Origin: an uncultured Lachnospiraceae bacterium
Lineage (GTDB): Bacteria; Bacillota; Clostridia; Christensenellales; UBA1242
Direction: 5' to 3'
DNA: 64,000 nt
Assembly (NCBI GenBank): GCA_964383665.1
Contig: CAYLHO010000002.1
Span: 2,544-66,543 of the forward strand
The position numbers were made by a program, and so were the translations under genes. This document shows, one piece after another, positions 1-7,723 of the stretch. Every line of letters begins with the position of its first letter. The stretch's first letter is position 1. A model generated the notes under the pieces. The model saw only the letters and a list, made by a program, of their open reading frames with translations. It ran no database searches and was not told the DNA's origin.

Positions 1-506
1 GGTTCATATCCAATTTGACCGTCGTAAACCGCAGTGAATGCCCATGGCTGATAGACAACACCATAAATTGTGTTTGGGAAATCTGGGTGCTTAACACGAT
101 TTAAAATCACGGCGGCAACTGCAACTTGCCCAACATATGGCTCGCCGCGTGCTTCAGCATAAACGCATTTGGCAAGCAAATATAGGTCGTTGTTTGTTTG
201 GTCGTTTAGGTTAATTCCAAGCAAACTTGCTGTTTTTGGGCCAACAGTTCCAGTTTGCTCAACGCCATAGTCATATTGAAAAGCCTTAATTGCCTGTGTT
301 GTTTCCCAATTAAGCGTTCCGTCAATCGACCCGTTGTAATATCCCAAGTCCTTAAGTTTTTGTTGAATAAGTTTGTTTTGGGTGTAAGTTGTGTCGGCGG
401 CAACCTGCTCGATTTGGCGAGTTGGAATAATGCTCAAGCTGAAACTTGAAATTAAACAAACAAGAATTAAAATTGATGCAACCCAAACTTTTTTTGAAAT
501 AACCAT
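1..506 (-). CDS. sleB: Spore cortex-lytic enzyme / cell-wall hydrolase, SleB-CwlJ family (N-terminal part; C-terminus runs off the left edge)
   Basis: A minus-strand ATG at 506 opens MVISKKVWVASILILVCLISS (signal/TM). A peptidoglycan-binding-like segment follows (LKDLGYYNGSIDGTLNWETTQAIKAFQYDYGVEQTGTVGPKT), then the hydrolase hallmark YAEARGEPYVGQVAVAAVILNRVKHPDFPNTIYGVVYQPWAF. The frame stays open to position 1. It is absent from the ORF track because no stop lies in the window. Confidence 0.75.
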   Translation of the reverse strand, partial: MVISKKVWVASILILVCLISSFSLSIIPTRQIEQVAADTTYTQNKLIQQKLKDLGYYNGSIDGTLNWETTQAIKAFQYDYGVEQTGTVGPKTASLLGINLNDQTNNDLYLLAKCVYAEARGEPYVGQVAVAAVILNRVKHPDFPNTIYGVVYQPWAFTAVYDGQIGYE

Positions 507-577
507 AAAAATCTCCCTAAAATCTTGCAATTTTAAGTAGTTTGCGCAAAAAAAATTTTTTATTCAAAAAAATCTTC

Positions 578-1108
578 CTAATTAAAGAAAGATTTAATGA
601 TTTCAATCAATTTGGATTTGTAAACCGTTTCTTCGCCTGTTGGATTCGCTTTAAGAAAACAAAGGGGAGGATAGACAACGCACCACCAATTATTTCCCTC
701 CCCGCTTCCAAGGTCTAAAATCAGTGCATCGTAGAAACCTTCTTCAAGAGTTAAATTATCGTAGGTTCTTGTTGGGAACTCTTCGCGCGCAAGCCGTGCT
801 TTTGAAGTATATTGAAAACCGTTTTCTCTTAAAACAGTGTTTGCTGTTTTTTCAATAAGAGAAAAGTTGTTTGTTAAAACTTCTTCTGCTTCCTTTTTGC
901 TTTGGCAAGTTGAAAGAAGGGGAATCATTGCGTTAACAACAGCGTCTCGAACCTTATACTTAACTCCTTGGTCAATTTCACTGTTTGAGTTTGCGCGGAT
1001 ATGTATTCTTAAATATTCGCTGTTTTCTTCTTTTTTATTTAAAAGTCCGAAAACAATAATTCCGCCAAGAGCCAAGATTAAACAAAAGGTTATAACAATT
1101 TTTTTCAT
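578..1108 (-). CDS. spoIIR: Stage II sporulation protein R (SpoIIR)
   Basis: The ATG at 1108 gives MKKIVITFCLILALGGIIVFGLL (N-terminal TM). SpoIIR hallmarks LRIHIRANSNSEIDQ and GSGEGNNWWCVVYPPLCFL follow. The longer track ORF (to 1219) only adds non-homologous residues upstream of the TM segment. Confidence 0.9.
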   Translation of the reverse strand: MKKIVITFCLILALGGIIVFGLLNKKEENSEYLRIHIRANSNSEIDQGVKYKVRDAVVNAMIPLLSTCQSKKEAEEVLTNNFSLIEKTANTVLRENGFQYTSKARLAREEFPTRTYDNLTLEEGFYDALILDLGSGEGNNWWCVVYPPLCFLKANPTGEETVYKSKLIEIIKSFFN

Positions 1109-1177
1109 ATAAGAATTATTGCCGCAAAATAATAATTTAAACAATGTATGCAATAACTTTTGGGATAAGTAAACATA

Positions 1178-1205
1178 TTGACTTTGATATGTTTTGTGGT
1201 ATACT
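1178..1205 (+). promoter_or_regulatory. Sigma-A-type promoter candidate for the 1338-3377 gene
   Basis: TTGACT (1178-1183), 16-nt spacer, TGg-TATACT (extended -10, hexamer 1200-1205). It lies about 130 nt upstream of the ATG at 1338. Confidence 0.45.
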
Positions 1206-1337
1206 AACTTTGAAAACAAATTATAGGGAAAACACTGCTGACGAAAAGTTTAAAAATTTGCTTAAAATTGGTGTTTTTTGTGAAAAATATTGCAATTTTA
1301 TGTGGATTTTGTTAAAATTATTTTAAGGAGAGAGAAA

Positions 1338-3377
1338 ATGATTTCAAAATTCAAAATTGATTTGATTGAAAAATCTCAAAACCAAGCTCGCGTTAAAAAG
1401 GGAAATGCGGTTGTTGTTTCTTTCGAAAAAGAAACCGAAAACGGCGTAAGTTCCTATCGTGCAGGAAAAGGGCTTGGAAATAATAATGGATACCTTTTTG
1501 AGGCACTTGTTTCAAACGAGAACAACAAATCCGTTAAATTGCTTAACGTTAACAATTCTTTATCAGAATTTGTTGATGACGTTAATGTTAAACAAGAAGG
1601 AGATTACGTTGTCTTTAATGCAACAGAAATTAAATGCCTTCCAAACGCACAAATCCTTATAAGTGTTAAAGGAAATGGCGGCAAAATTTCAAATGTTGAA
1701 ATTCATGCAGGAGAAATTGTTGTTAACAAAGGGAAAGCAGAATGTGTTCAAATTCCAACAGAAAAACCAATTAACATTGAACTTTCTGAAAATTTCTTTG
1801 AAGATTTAACTTTGGGTCGAATTAATTGTGGGGTTTTGCCTGCTCAAGCGTTTGAAGCAACAAAAGAACTTAAAGGCGTTAGGACAAAGGTTTTTAATGT
1901 TGCTGGAGAAGAAATTAAATTCTTAACAGTTTTGGGCGAGCCAAACAAACTTTTCATGGCAAGCGGAACTGAAATTAGAGAGCTTGCAAACTTGATTGAT
2001 GGATCGAATGAAAATATCGAAAGAGGAATCCCTTTAAACCACGACTTGGGCTTCCAATTCCGCGGTGGGGATTTTGGACAAGGAAAAGTTGGAGCGGTTG
2101 CATCAATTCTTGAAGGAATTTCTTCGGAAAATGCAAAAGAAGTTTTGAATTATGTTAAAGAACAAAATTCAAGAACATCGGTTGAAAGAGTTTCGTCAGA
2201 AACATATAAAACAAGAATTAAGAATGTTTCAAATCTTAAAATTGGAAGTAAAAGTCAACAAACGGGCGAGTTTGGAGGGAAAGTGATTGATCTTGGAAAC
2301 GAAGCAGAACCAGTAGTTAATTTCAAAGTGATTGCAGAAAGAAAATCTGAAACAGCTGATTCTGTTAAGGAAAATAAAATTAACAACGATTCAGATGAGG
2401 GCGCAGAGGTTGGAATTGAACCAAGCGCAGTTGAATCAAACAAGGTTGTTAGCGAAAAAGAGCCAGAAGAAAACAACGCAGAAGTTGTTGGTGAAGTTGT
2501 TGCAGAGGAAGCAAAAGAGGAAAATGCTTCAACCGCAAACACAGAGAAGAAGCAAGAATCCCAAACTTCTCAAAGCCAAAAAGAGGAAACAGAGGAGAAT
2601 AAAAACAAAATCGAACCGGCTCCTCAATATTCAACAAATAGCGTTAGAGTTCCATTTAATCCATTAAAAGTTGTTAAACATTGTGTTTTGGGTGGAATAA
2701 TTGCTGGGGTTGTTGCCTTAACAATTGCAATGGCAGTTGGGGGATTATTGTTCCCAGCGTTTATTGGTCTTGCTATTGCAATTGGAACATCAACAATTAT
2801 GTCGAAAGAACTTGTTGACGACCTTAGAGAAAGAAACGAGAAAAAACAAAAAGCTATAAATGCAAAAAAGAAAAGTCTCGAAAAAGAAATTGATGCGGAA
2901 GAAAAGAAATTAAGTAAAAATAAAGAAAATCAAGAAAGCAAAGACGGAGAAAATAAACAAAATAAAAGCCAAGAGAGTCAAGAAAAAGAACAAGATGACG
3001 AAGAAAATTTAGATGATTCAGAGGATAAGAAGAAAAAGAAGAAAAAGGCTAAAAAAATTGAATTACCTAAGTTTATAAAACCAAAGAAAGTTTTGAATAA
3101 AGAAAAAGTTGACGAATCGAAAGCTAAAGCGGCCGTTGGCGTTGGTTCAAAGGAAGTTAAGAAAGAGGTTCAAGTTAAAGCCGAGAAAGCGGTTGAGGCA
3201 AAAGAAGAAAAAACAAAAGTTAAAAAATCTTCGCGCCAAGAAAAACGAGAAGCAGAATTGAATGCAATCCGAAGAAGAATTACTGAACAAAAAACTTTGG
3301 CAATAGGTCGCACAGACGCTCCAGCAAAAGTTGAAGAAACCTCTTCAAAAGCTGATGGGCAAGATTTAGGAATGTAA
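1338..3377 (+). CDS. Hypothetical membrane protein: about 340-aa N-terminal domain of unknown family, acidic low-complexity linker, two-TM hairpin, Lys/Glu-rich tail
   Basis: The ATG at 1338 follows AAGGAGAGAG. The track ORF start at 1290 lacks an RBS. The TM pair is HCVLGGIIAGVVALTIAMAVGGLLFPAFIGLAIAIGTSTIM. The tail contains KKKKKKAKK and long E/K runs. I recognised no family motif. Confidence 0.8.
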   Translation: MISKFKIDLIEKSQNQARVKKGNAVVVSFEKETENGVSSYRAGKGLGNNNGYLFEALVSNENNKSVKLLNVNNSLSEFVDDVNVKQEGDYVVFNATEIKCLPNAQILISVKGNGGKISNVEIHAGEIVVNKGKAECVQIPTEKPINIELSENFFEDLTLGRINCGVLPAQAFEATKELKGVRTKVFNVAGEEIKFLTVLGEPNKLFMASGTEIRELANLIDGSNENIERGIPLNHDLGFQFRGGDFGQGKVGAVASILEGISSENAKEVLNYVKEQNSRTSVERVSSETYKTRIKNVSNLKIGSKSQQTGEFGGKVIDLGNEAEPVVNFKVIAERKSETADSVKENKINNDSDEGAEVGIEPSAVESNKVVSEKEPEENNAEVVGEVVAEEAKEENASTANTEKKQESQTSQSQKEETEENKNKIEPAPQYSTNSVRVPFNPLKVVKHCVLGGIIAGVVALTIAMAVGGLLFPAFIGLAIAIGTSTIMSKELVDDLRERNEKKQKAINAKKKSLEKEIDAEEKKLSKNKENQESKDGENKQNKSQESQEKEQDDEENLDDSEDKKKKKKKAKKIELPKFIKPKKVLNKEKVDESKAKAAVGVGSKEVKKEVQVKAEKAVEAKEEKTKVKKSSRQEKREAELNAIRRRITEQKTLAIGRTDAPAKVEETSSKADGQDLGM

Positions 3378-3385
3378 AAAAAATT

Positions 3386-3415
3386 AAAAAGCAGTTGACA
3401 TCAACTGCTTTTTTG
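3386..3415 (+). terminator. Rho-independent terminator
   Basis: GCAGTTG-acat-CAACTGC hairpin (3391-3408) followed by TTTTTT (3409-3414), directly after the stop at 3377. Confidence 0.7.
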
Positions 3416-3455
3416 ATTATAATATTGTTCGAATGTTGAAAAACATTTAGTTTTT

Positions 3456-3532
3456 GCGCTGTTAGCTCAATTGGATAGAGCGTTGGTCTACGGAACCAAA
3501 GGTTGGGGATTCGAGCTCCTCACGGCGCACCA
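3456..3532 (+). tRNA. tRNA-Arg (anticodon ACG), CCA encoded
   Basis: The cloverleaf folds by hand. Acceptor stem is GCGCTGT/ACGGCGC, D stem GCTC/GAGC, anticodon stem TTGGT/ACCAA with loop CT-ACG-GA, and T stem GGGGA/TCCTC with loop TTCGAGC. Discriminator A and CCA follow. Length is 77 nt. Confidence 0.9.
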
Positions 3533-3556
3533 TAACAACCCCAAAAGTTAGGGTTT

Positions 3557-3583
3557 TCAGCGGCTTTGGTCGCTGATTTTTTT
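3557..3583 (+). terminator. Terminator hairpin after the tRNA
   Basis: TCAGCG-gctttggt-CGCTGA followed by TTTTTTT. It abuts the stop of the convergent NUDIX gene. Confidence 0.55.
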
Positions 3584-4238
3584 ACCACATTATATATTTT
3601 GGATTTTCTCCTTTTGAGTATCTATCTGCTGCAATTAGCATTCTTTTATAGAATTCATCAATTATTTGATAACACTCCATAAAGTTTTTTCTAGATATCA
3701 ATTTTTCATTTATAACATATTTATCATTTTCAAGATATTTTTCTCTTGCTTTAATTTCTGTTTTTTCATCATAGAATAATGCGAGTGCTTCATCTAAATC
3801 AACTTCAACAAGTCTTGCTATTTCTTCGCCATTCACTTCGTATTCTTCTAAAGTCTTTTTTGAAGGGAAAAGATAAACATATTGAAATTCGTTTGCTATG
3901 TAATCTTCTGTTACTGTTGCTGCAGTTTGTCTTATGCCTAAATAAATAAGGTCATTAAGAGTTACTTCTTCTAAAAGTTCTTCTTTAACTTCTCTAACAC
4001 TTTCTTCTGCAGTTTCTCCTGCTTGAATGTGCCCACCAACAGTGAAATCTAGAAGTGCATTGTCATTTGTTACAATTCCATCTTTTGGCTTTTTGCGTTG
4101 AAAATAAACTTTTCTTTGTTCTGGGTTTACAGCAAGCACTGTTATAACCTTATGCCAATAACCTTTTTGATGACATTCTTTTTTTTCGCAAGTTCCGATA
4201 TGTTTAAACTTATCAGTGTATATATCTAAATATTCCAT
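3582..4238 (-). CDS. NUDIX family hydrolase
   Basis: Nudix box GGHIQAGETAEESVREVKEELLEEV (GX5EX7REUXEEXGU pattern). RBS AAGAGG lies upstream of the ATG at 4238. Confidence 0.85.
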   Translation of the reverse strand: MEYLDIYTDKFKHIGTCEKKECHQKGYWHKVITVLAVNPEQRKVYFQRKKPKDGIVTNDNALLDFTVGGHIQAGETAEESVREVKEELLEEVTLNDLIYLGIRQTAATVTEDYIANEFQYVYLFPSKKTLEEYEVNGEEIARLVEVDLDEALALFYDEKTEIKAREKYLENDKYVINEKLISRKNFMECYQIIDEFYKRMLIAADRYSKGENPKYIMW

Positions 4239-4299
4239 ATTAACCTCTTTTAAAGTTTTTTAAAAAATTCATCACATTAAACTCTTTATCCATGTCTAA

Positions 4300-4329
4300 A
4301 TTATAACATATTTTAAACTCTTTTGTTAA
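4300..4329 (-). promoter_or_regulatory. Promoter candidate for the NUDIX gene
   Basis: The minus strand reads TTAACA, 18 nt, TGt-TATAAT (extended -10). Confidence 0.35.
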
Positions 4330-4379
4330 TAAAATCAAAATTTGATTTTAAAGTGAGGGAACGAGGCGGGGTTAGTGAA

Positions 4380-4408
4380 TAAAAAATGCGCAAGTTGAGT
4401 TGCGCATT
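4380..4408 (-). terminator. Rho-independent terminator of the gatCAB operon
   Basis: ATGCGCAA-ctcaac-TTGCGCAT on the minus strand followed by a T-run, immediately after the gatB stop at 4413. Confidence 0.7.
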
Positions 4409-4412
4409 AATT

Positions 4413-5813
4413 TTAATTTAATTTTTCTTGGAGAAGTTTTTTTGCCAAAACAACGTTCGCTTTTCCGCGAGTTTGTTTCATAACTTGTCCTGTGAAGAAG
4501 GTCATAATTTTGTCTGGATTGACCTTGTAATCGTCAACGGCTTTTGGGTTTTCCGAAATCAACTTGTCGATTATTGGCTCAAGGTCATCGTCGTTCATTG
4601 TGTTCAAAATGTCCATTTCCTTCGCAAGCGATTGAGGGGCTTTCCCTGTTTCCATAACGCGAGCAATAAGAGGAACAGCATTTGTTCTTGAAATAAGTTT
4701 TTTGTTCGACATATTAATAATTTGAACAAAATTTTCAGCTGAAATGTTAATTTCATCTTTAACATTACGCAAAAGCTCGCCCAAAACCCAGTTCGACAAG
4801 TCTTTTGGTTGGTTGTATATTTTGATGCATTCATTAAAGAAGTCGGAAAGTTTCTTGTCGGAAATTAAAACGCCAATGTCGTAATCTGGGAGATTATATT
4901 CGTTTTTATAAATTTCTTTAAGCTGTTGCTCGGTTAATGGCAAGGACATTTTAATGTCTTCAATAATTTTGTTGTCAATATGGATTTGTGGCAAATCTGG
5001 GTCGGGGAAATAGCGATAGGTGTTGATTGAGTCCTTTTTTCTCATCGCTAAACTTTGGTTCTTTCCGTCGTCCCATTTTCTTGTTTCTTCTTCAAGAACT
5101 CCACCATTTTCCAAAATTTCAATTTGACGATTTGATTCATATTCAATTGCATGCTTAACCGATCGGAAAGAACTCAAGTTTTTCATTTCAACTCTGCACC
5201 CAAGTTTTTCGCTTCCAGAAGGTTTAACAGAAAGGTTAACGTCGAATCTCATTCCGCCCTGTTCAAGTTTGCAGTTCGCAATGTCGCCGTATATAAACAA
5301 GTTTCTTAATTTCATTAAAAATTCAACTGCTTCATCGGCGCTTGAAATGTCTGGCTTTGTTACGGTTTCAATAAGCGCAACGCCGCATCGATTATAATCG
5401 ATGTATGACTTGTCGCCAATGTGAACGAGTTTCCCAGTGTCCTCTTCCAAGTGGATATTGTCAATTCGAATCCTCTTTCCGCTGTCAAGTTGAACATATC
5501 CATCATAGCAGATTGGAGAGTATAACTGGCTTATTTGATAGGATTTTGTGAGGTCTGGATAGAAATAGTTTTTTCTTTCAAACATTGGGTCTTGATTGAT
5601 TTTGCAGTTTGTTATAAGTCCGCTTTTAATTGTTAATTCAACGCATTTTTTGTCCAAGTTGGGCAATGTTCCTGGCATGCCCAAGCAAATTGGGCAAACC
5701 AAAGTGTTTGGCTCGGCGCCAAATTTATTTTCGCAGGAACAGAAAACTTTTGTTTTAGAATTTAGTTCGGCATGAATTTCAAGCCCAACAACAATGTCAT
5801 ATTTGTTATTCAT
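4413..5813 (-). CDS. gatB: Asp/Glu-tRNA(Asn/Gln) amidotransferase subunit B
   Basis: MNNKYDIVVGLEIHAELNSKTKVFCSC...PICLGMPGTLP and full-length GatB-like sequence. Its start overlaps the gatA stop by 8 nt. Confidence 0.95.
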   Translation of the reverse strand: MNNKYDIVVGLEIHAELNSKTKVFCSCENKFGAEPNTLVCPICLGMPGTLPNLDKKCVELTIKSGLITNCKINQDPMFERKNYFYPDLTKSYQISQLYSPICYDGYVQLDSGKRIRIDNIHLEEDTGKLVHIGDKSYIDYNRCGVALIETVTKPDISSADEAVEFLMKLRNLFIYGDIANCKLEQGGMRFDVNLSVKPSGSEKLGCRVEMKNLSSFRSVKHAIEYESNRQIEILENGGVLEEETRKWDDGKNQSLAMRKKDSINTYRYFPDPDLPQIHIDNKIIEDIKMSLPLTEQQLKEIYKNEYNLPDYDIGVLISDKKLSDFFNECIKIYNQPKDLSNWVLGELLRNVKDEINISAENFVQIINMSNKKLISRTNAVPLIARVMETGKAPQSLAKEMDILNTMNDDDLEPIIDKLISENPKAVDDYKVNPDKIMTFFTGQVMKQTRGKANVVLAKKLLQEKLN

Positions 5814-7251
5814 TTATGCCTCCTTTGAAGTTGTTTTCAATAAAGTCAGCAAGTTGATAGATTTTGTCTTCGTTTTTCTTTTGAGAAAGAACTTGGATTC
5901 CAAGAGGAAGTCCGTTTTTGCTTTTTTCATATGGAATTGTTATTGCAGGAAGGCCAACAATGTTTGCAACAACAGTGAACATATCTTCCAAATAAAGAGT
6001 CATTGGGTCGTCAAACTTGTCGCCAATAACAAAGGCATCAGAAATTGTTGTTGGCAAAACAACATAATCGCAACTTTCAAAAACTTCATCGAATGAATGT
6101 TTAATAATTTGTTGAATCCTTCTTGCCTTACGATAATATTCGCCGTCTTTTCCACTTGACAGAACATAATTCCCAATCATGATTCTGCGCTTAACTTCAT
6201 TTCCAAATCCTTCAGTTCGGCTGTTTTTATAAAGTTGGTCGATGTCGGTTGCATCCGAACTTTGAATTGTGTATTTAATTCCATCAAAGCGTGCCAAGTT
6301 GCTGCATGCTTCCGCTGGGGCAATGATATAGTAAACTGGCAAGGCAAGGTCGATGTTTTTAATTTCAATTTCCTTTAAAATTGCGCCGTTTTCTTTTAAG
6401 AAATTTATCATTTTTTCATAATAATGATAGTATTCTCTTTGCTTATATTTTTCAATGAGATTTTTTTCAATCCCAACAACTTTTCCGGCAATATCTGTTC
6501 CAATGTATTTTGAAAAATCGAGATTGGTGTCGTTAAGAGTTGTCATGTCGTTTTTGTCTGGGCCGGAAAGAATTTGCAAAAGATATGCACTGTCTTTAAC
6601 ATTTTTAGTTATAGGGCCAATTTGATCTAAGCTTGACGCAAATGCAATAAGTCCATATCTTGAAATTCGACCGTAAGTTGGTTTTGCTCCAACAACTCCA
6701 TTAAAGGAACTAGGTTGGCGAACAGATCCGCCAGTGTCGCTTCCAAGAGCCGCGTTACACATGTCGAGTGCAACAACAACCGCCGAACCGCCGCTTGACC
6801 CACCAGAAACGCGAGAATCATCATGTGCGTTTTTGCATGGGCCATAGAAACTGTTTTCTGTGCTTCCTCCCATTGCGAACTCGTCCATGTTTGTTCTTCC
6901 TAAAATTATTGCATCTTCATCAAGAACTTTTTGGAGTGAGGTTGCGGTGTAGGTGCTAACAAAATCTTTCATAAATTTTGAACAGCAGGTTGCCTTTTTC
7001 CCGTTGAGCATTATGTTGTCTTTAATGTAAAGAACAACGCCAGCCAATTTTCCAAGAGGTTTTCCGCTTGCTCTTTTTTCGTCCAATTTCTTTGCGAACT
7101 CAATTGCGTCGTCAAAAACTTCCAAAACGGCATTTTTGCTTTGATATTTTTCAGTTTGCTTGATGCATGCAGTGGTCATTTCAACTGCGGAAAATTCGCC
7201 GTTAACATATTTTTTGTTTGCTTCAATAATTCCAAGTTTGTTAAGTTCCAT
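5806..7251 (-). CDS. gatA: Glu-tRNA(Gln) amidotransferase subunit A
   Basis: Amidase signature GGSSGGSAVVVA, plus NMDEFAMGGSTENSFYGP. The gene is translationally coupled to gatC and gatB. Confidence 0.95.
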   Translation of the reverse strand: MELNKLGIIEANKKYVNGEFSAVEMTTACIKQTEKYQSKNAVLEVFDDAIEFAKKLDEKRASGKPLGKLAGVVLYIKDNIMLNGKKATCCSKFMKDFVSTYTATSLQKVLDEDAIILGRTNMDEFAMGGSTENSFYGPCKNAHDDSRVSGGSSGGSAVVVALDMCNAALGSDTGGSVRQPSSFNGVVGAKPTYGRISRYGLIAFASSLDQIGPITKNVKDSAYLLQILSGPDKNDMTTLNDTNLDFSKYIGTDIAGKVVGIEKNLIEKYKQREYYHYYEKMINFLKENGAILKEIEIKNIDLALPVYYIIAPAEACSNLARFDGIKYTIQSSDATDIDQLYKNSRTEGFGNEVKRRIMIGNYVLSSGKDGEYYRKARRIQQIIKHSFDEVFESCDYVVLPTTISDAFVIGDKFDDPMTLYLEDMFTVVANIVGLPAITIPYEKSKNGLPLGIQVLSQKKNEDKIYQLADFIENNFKGGINE

Positions 7252-7529
7252 TATTCAACCACCTTTGGCACAATGAAAGAAATACTATCCTTTTTTGGTG
7301 CATTTTTTAAAATCAATTCGCGTTCTTGCGATGGAGCAATAATGTCCTCTCGCAATTGTTCAAAATTTCTAACAAATTCTTTTTCAACCTCAACGTTGTC
7401 GTCAACATTATCAAGTTGTTTGAAAAAAACACTTATTTCGTCAAAGTCTTTTAAAAACTTTTCAAGTTCAGCATCGCTAAAATTCAGTTTAGAAAGTTCG
7501 GCAAGATGCTTTATTTCATCAATAGTCAT
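7251..7529 (-). CDS. gatC: Glu-tRNA(Gln) amidotransferase subunit C
   Basis: 92 aa, MTIDEIKHLAELSKLNFSDAELEKF..., in the GatC position. There is a one-nt overlap with the gatA start. Confidence 0.9.
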   Translation of the reverse strand: MTIDEIKHLAELSKLNFSDAELEKFLKDFDEISVFFKQLDNVDDNVEVEKEFVRNFEQLREDIIAPSQERELILKNAPKKDSISFIVPKVVE

Positions 7530-7664
7530 AAAAATCTCCTTCGCGTTTAATTATAGAACAAAACAAGCAATTTTGGCAAACGAATAATATCCGATTTCAA
7601 AATAGTTTAAATTAATCCATGGGCTCGTTTTTTCCAAGAAATAGGCAATTAAATCAAAAAAATG

Positions 7665-7693
7665 TTGCAAAAAAAAGGCTCAAGTGATAATCT
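7665..7693 (+). promoter_or_regulatory. Promoter candidate for gltX
   Basis: TTGCAA, 17 nt, TGa-TAATCT, about 30 nt upstream of the ATG at 7724. Confidence 0.35.
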
Positions 7694-7723
7694 TATAAAG
7701 ATATTAGTAATTTTGGAGCACTT

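Noticed and set aside
206-449. Track ORFs 206-403 (-) and 255-449 (+)
   Set aside because: Both fall inside the sleB-like frame that runs 506 to 1 on the minus strand and shows clear family motifs. They are frame-shifted shadows.
1290-1337. Upstream extensions of several track ORFs: 1290 for the membrane protein, 14864 (TTG) for valS, 21984 (TTG) for the GNAT, 23967 for gyrB, and 1219 for spoIIR
   Set aside because: In each case an internal ATG with a properly spaced GGAGG-type RBS, or the conserved protein N-terminus, marks the real start. The extensions add non-homologous residues.
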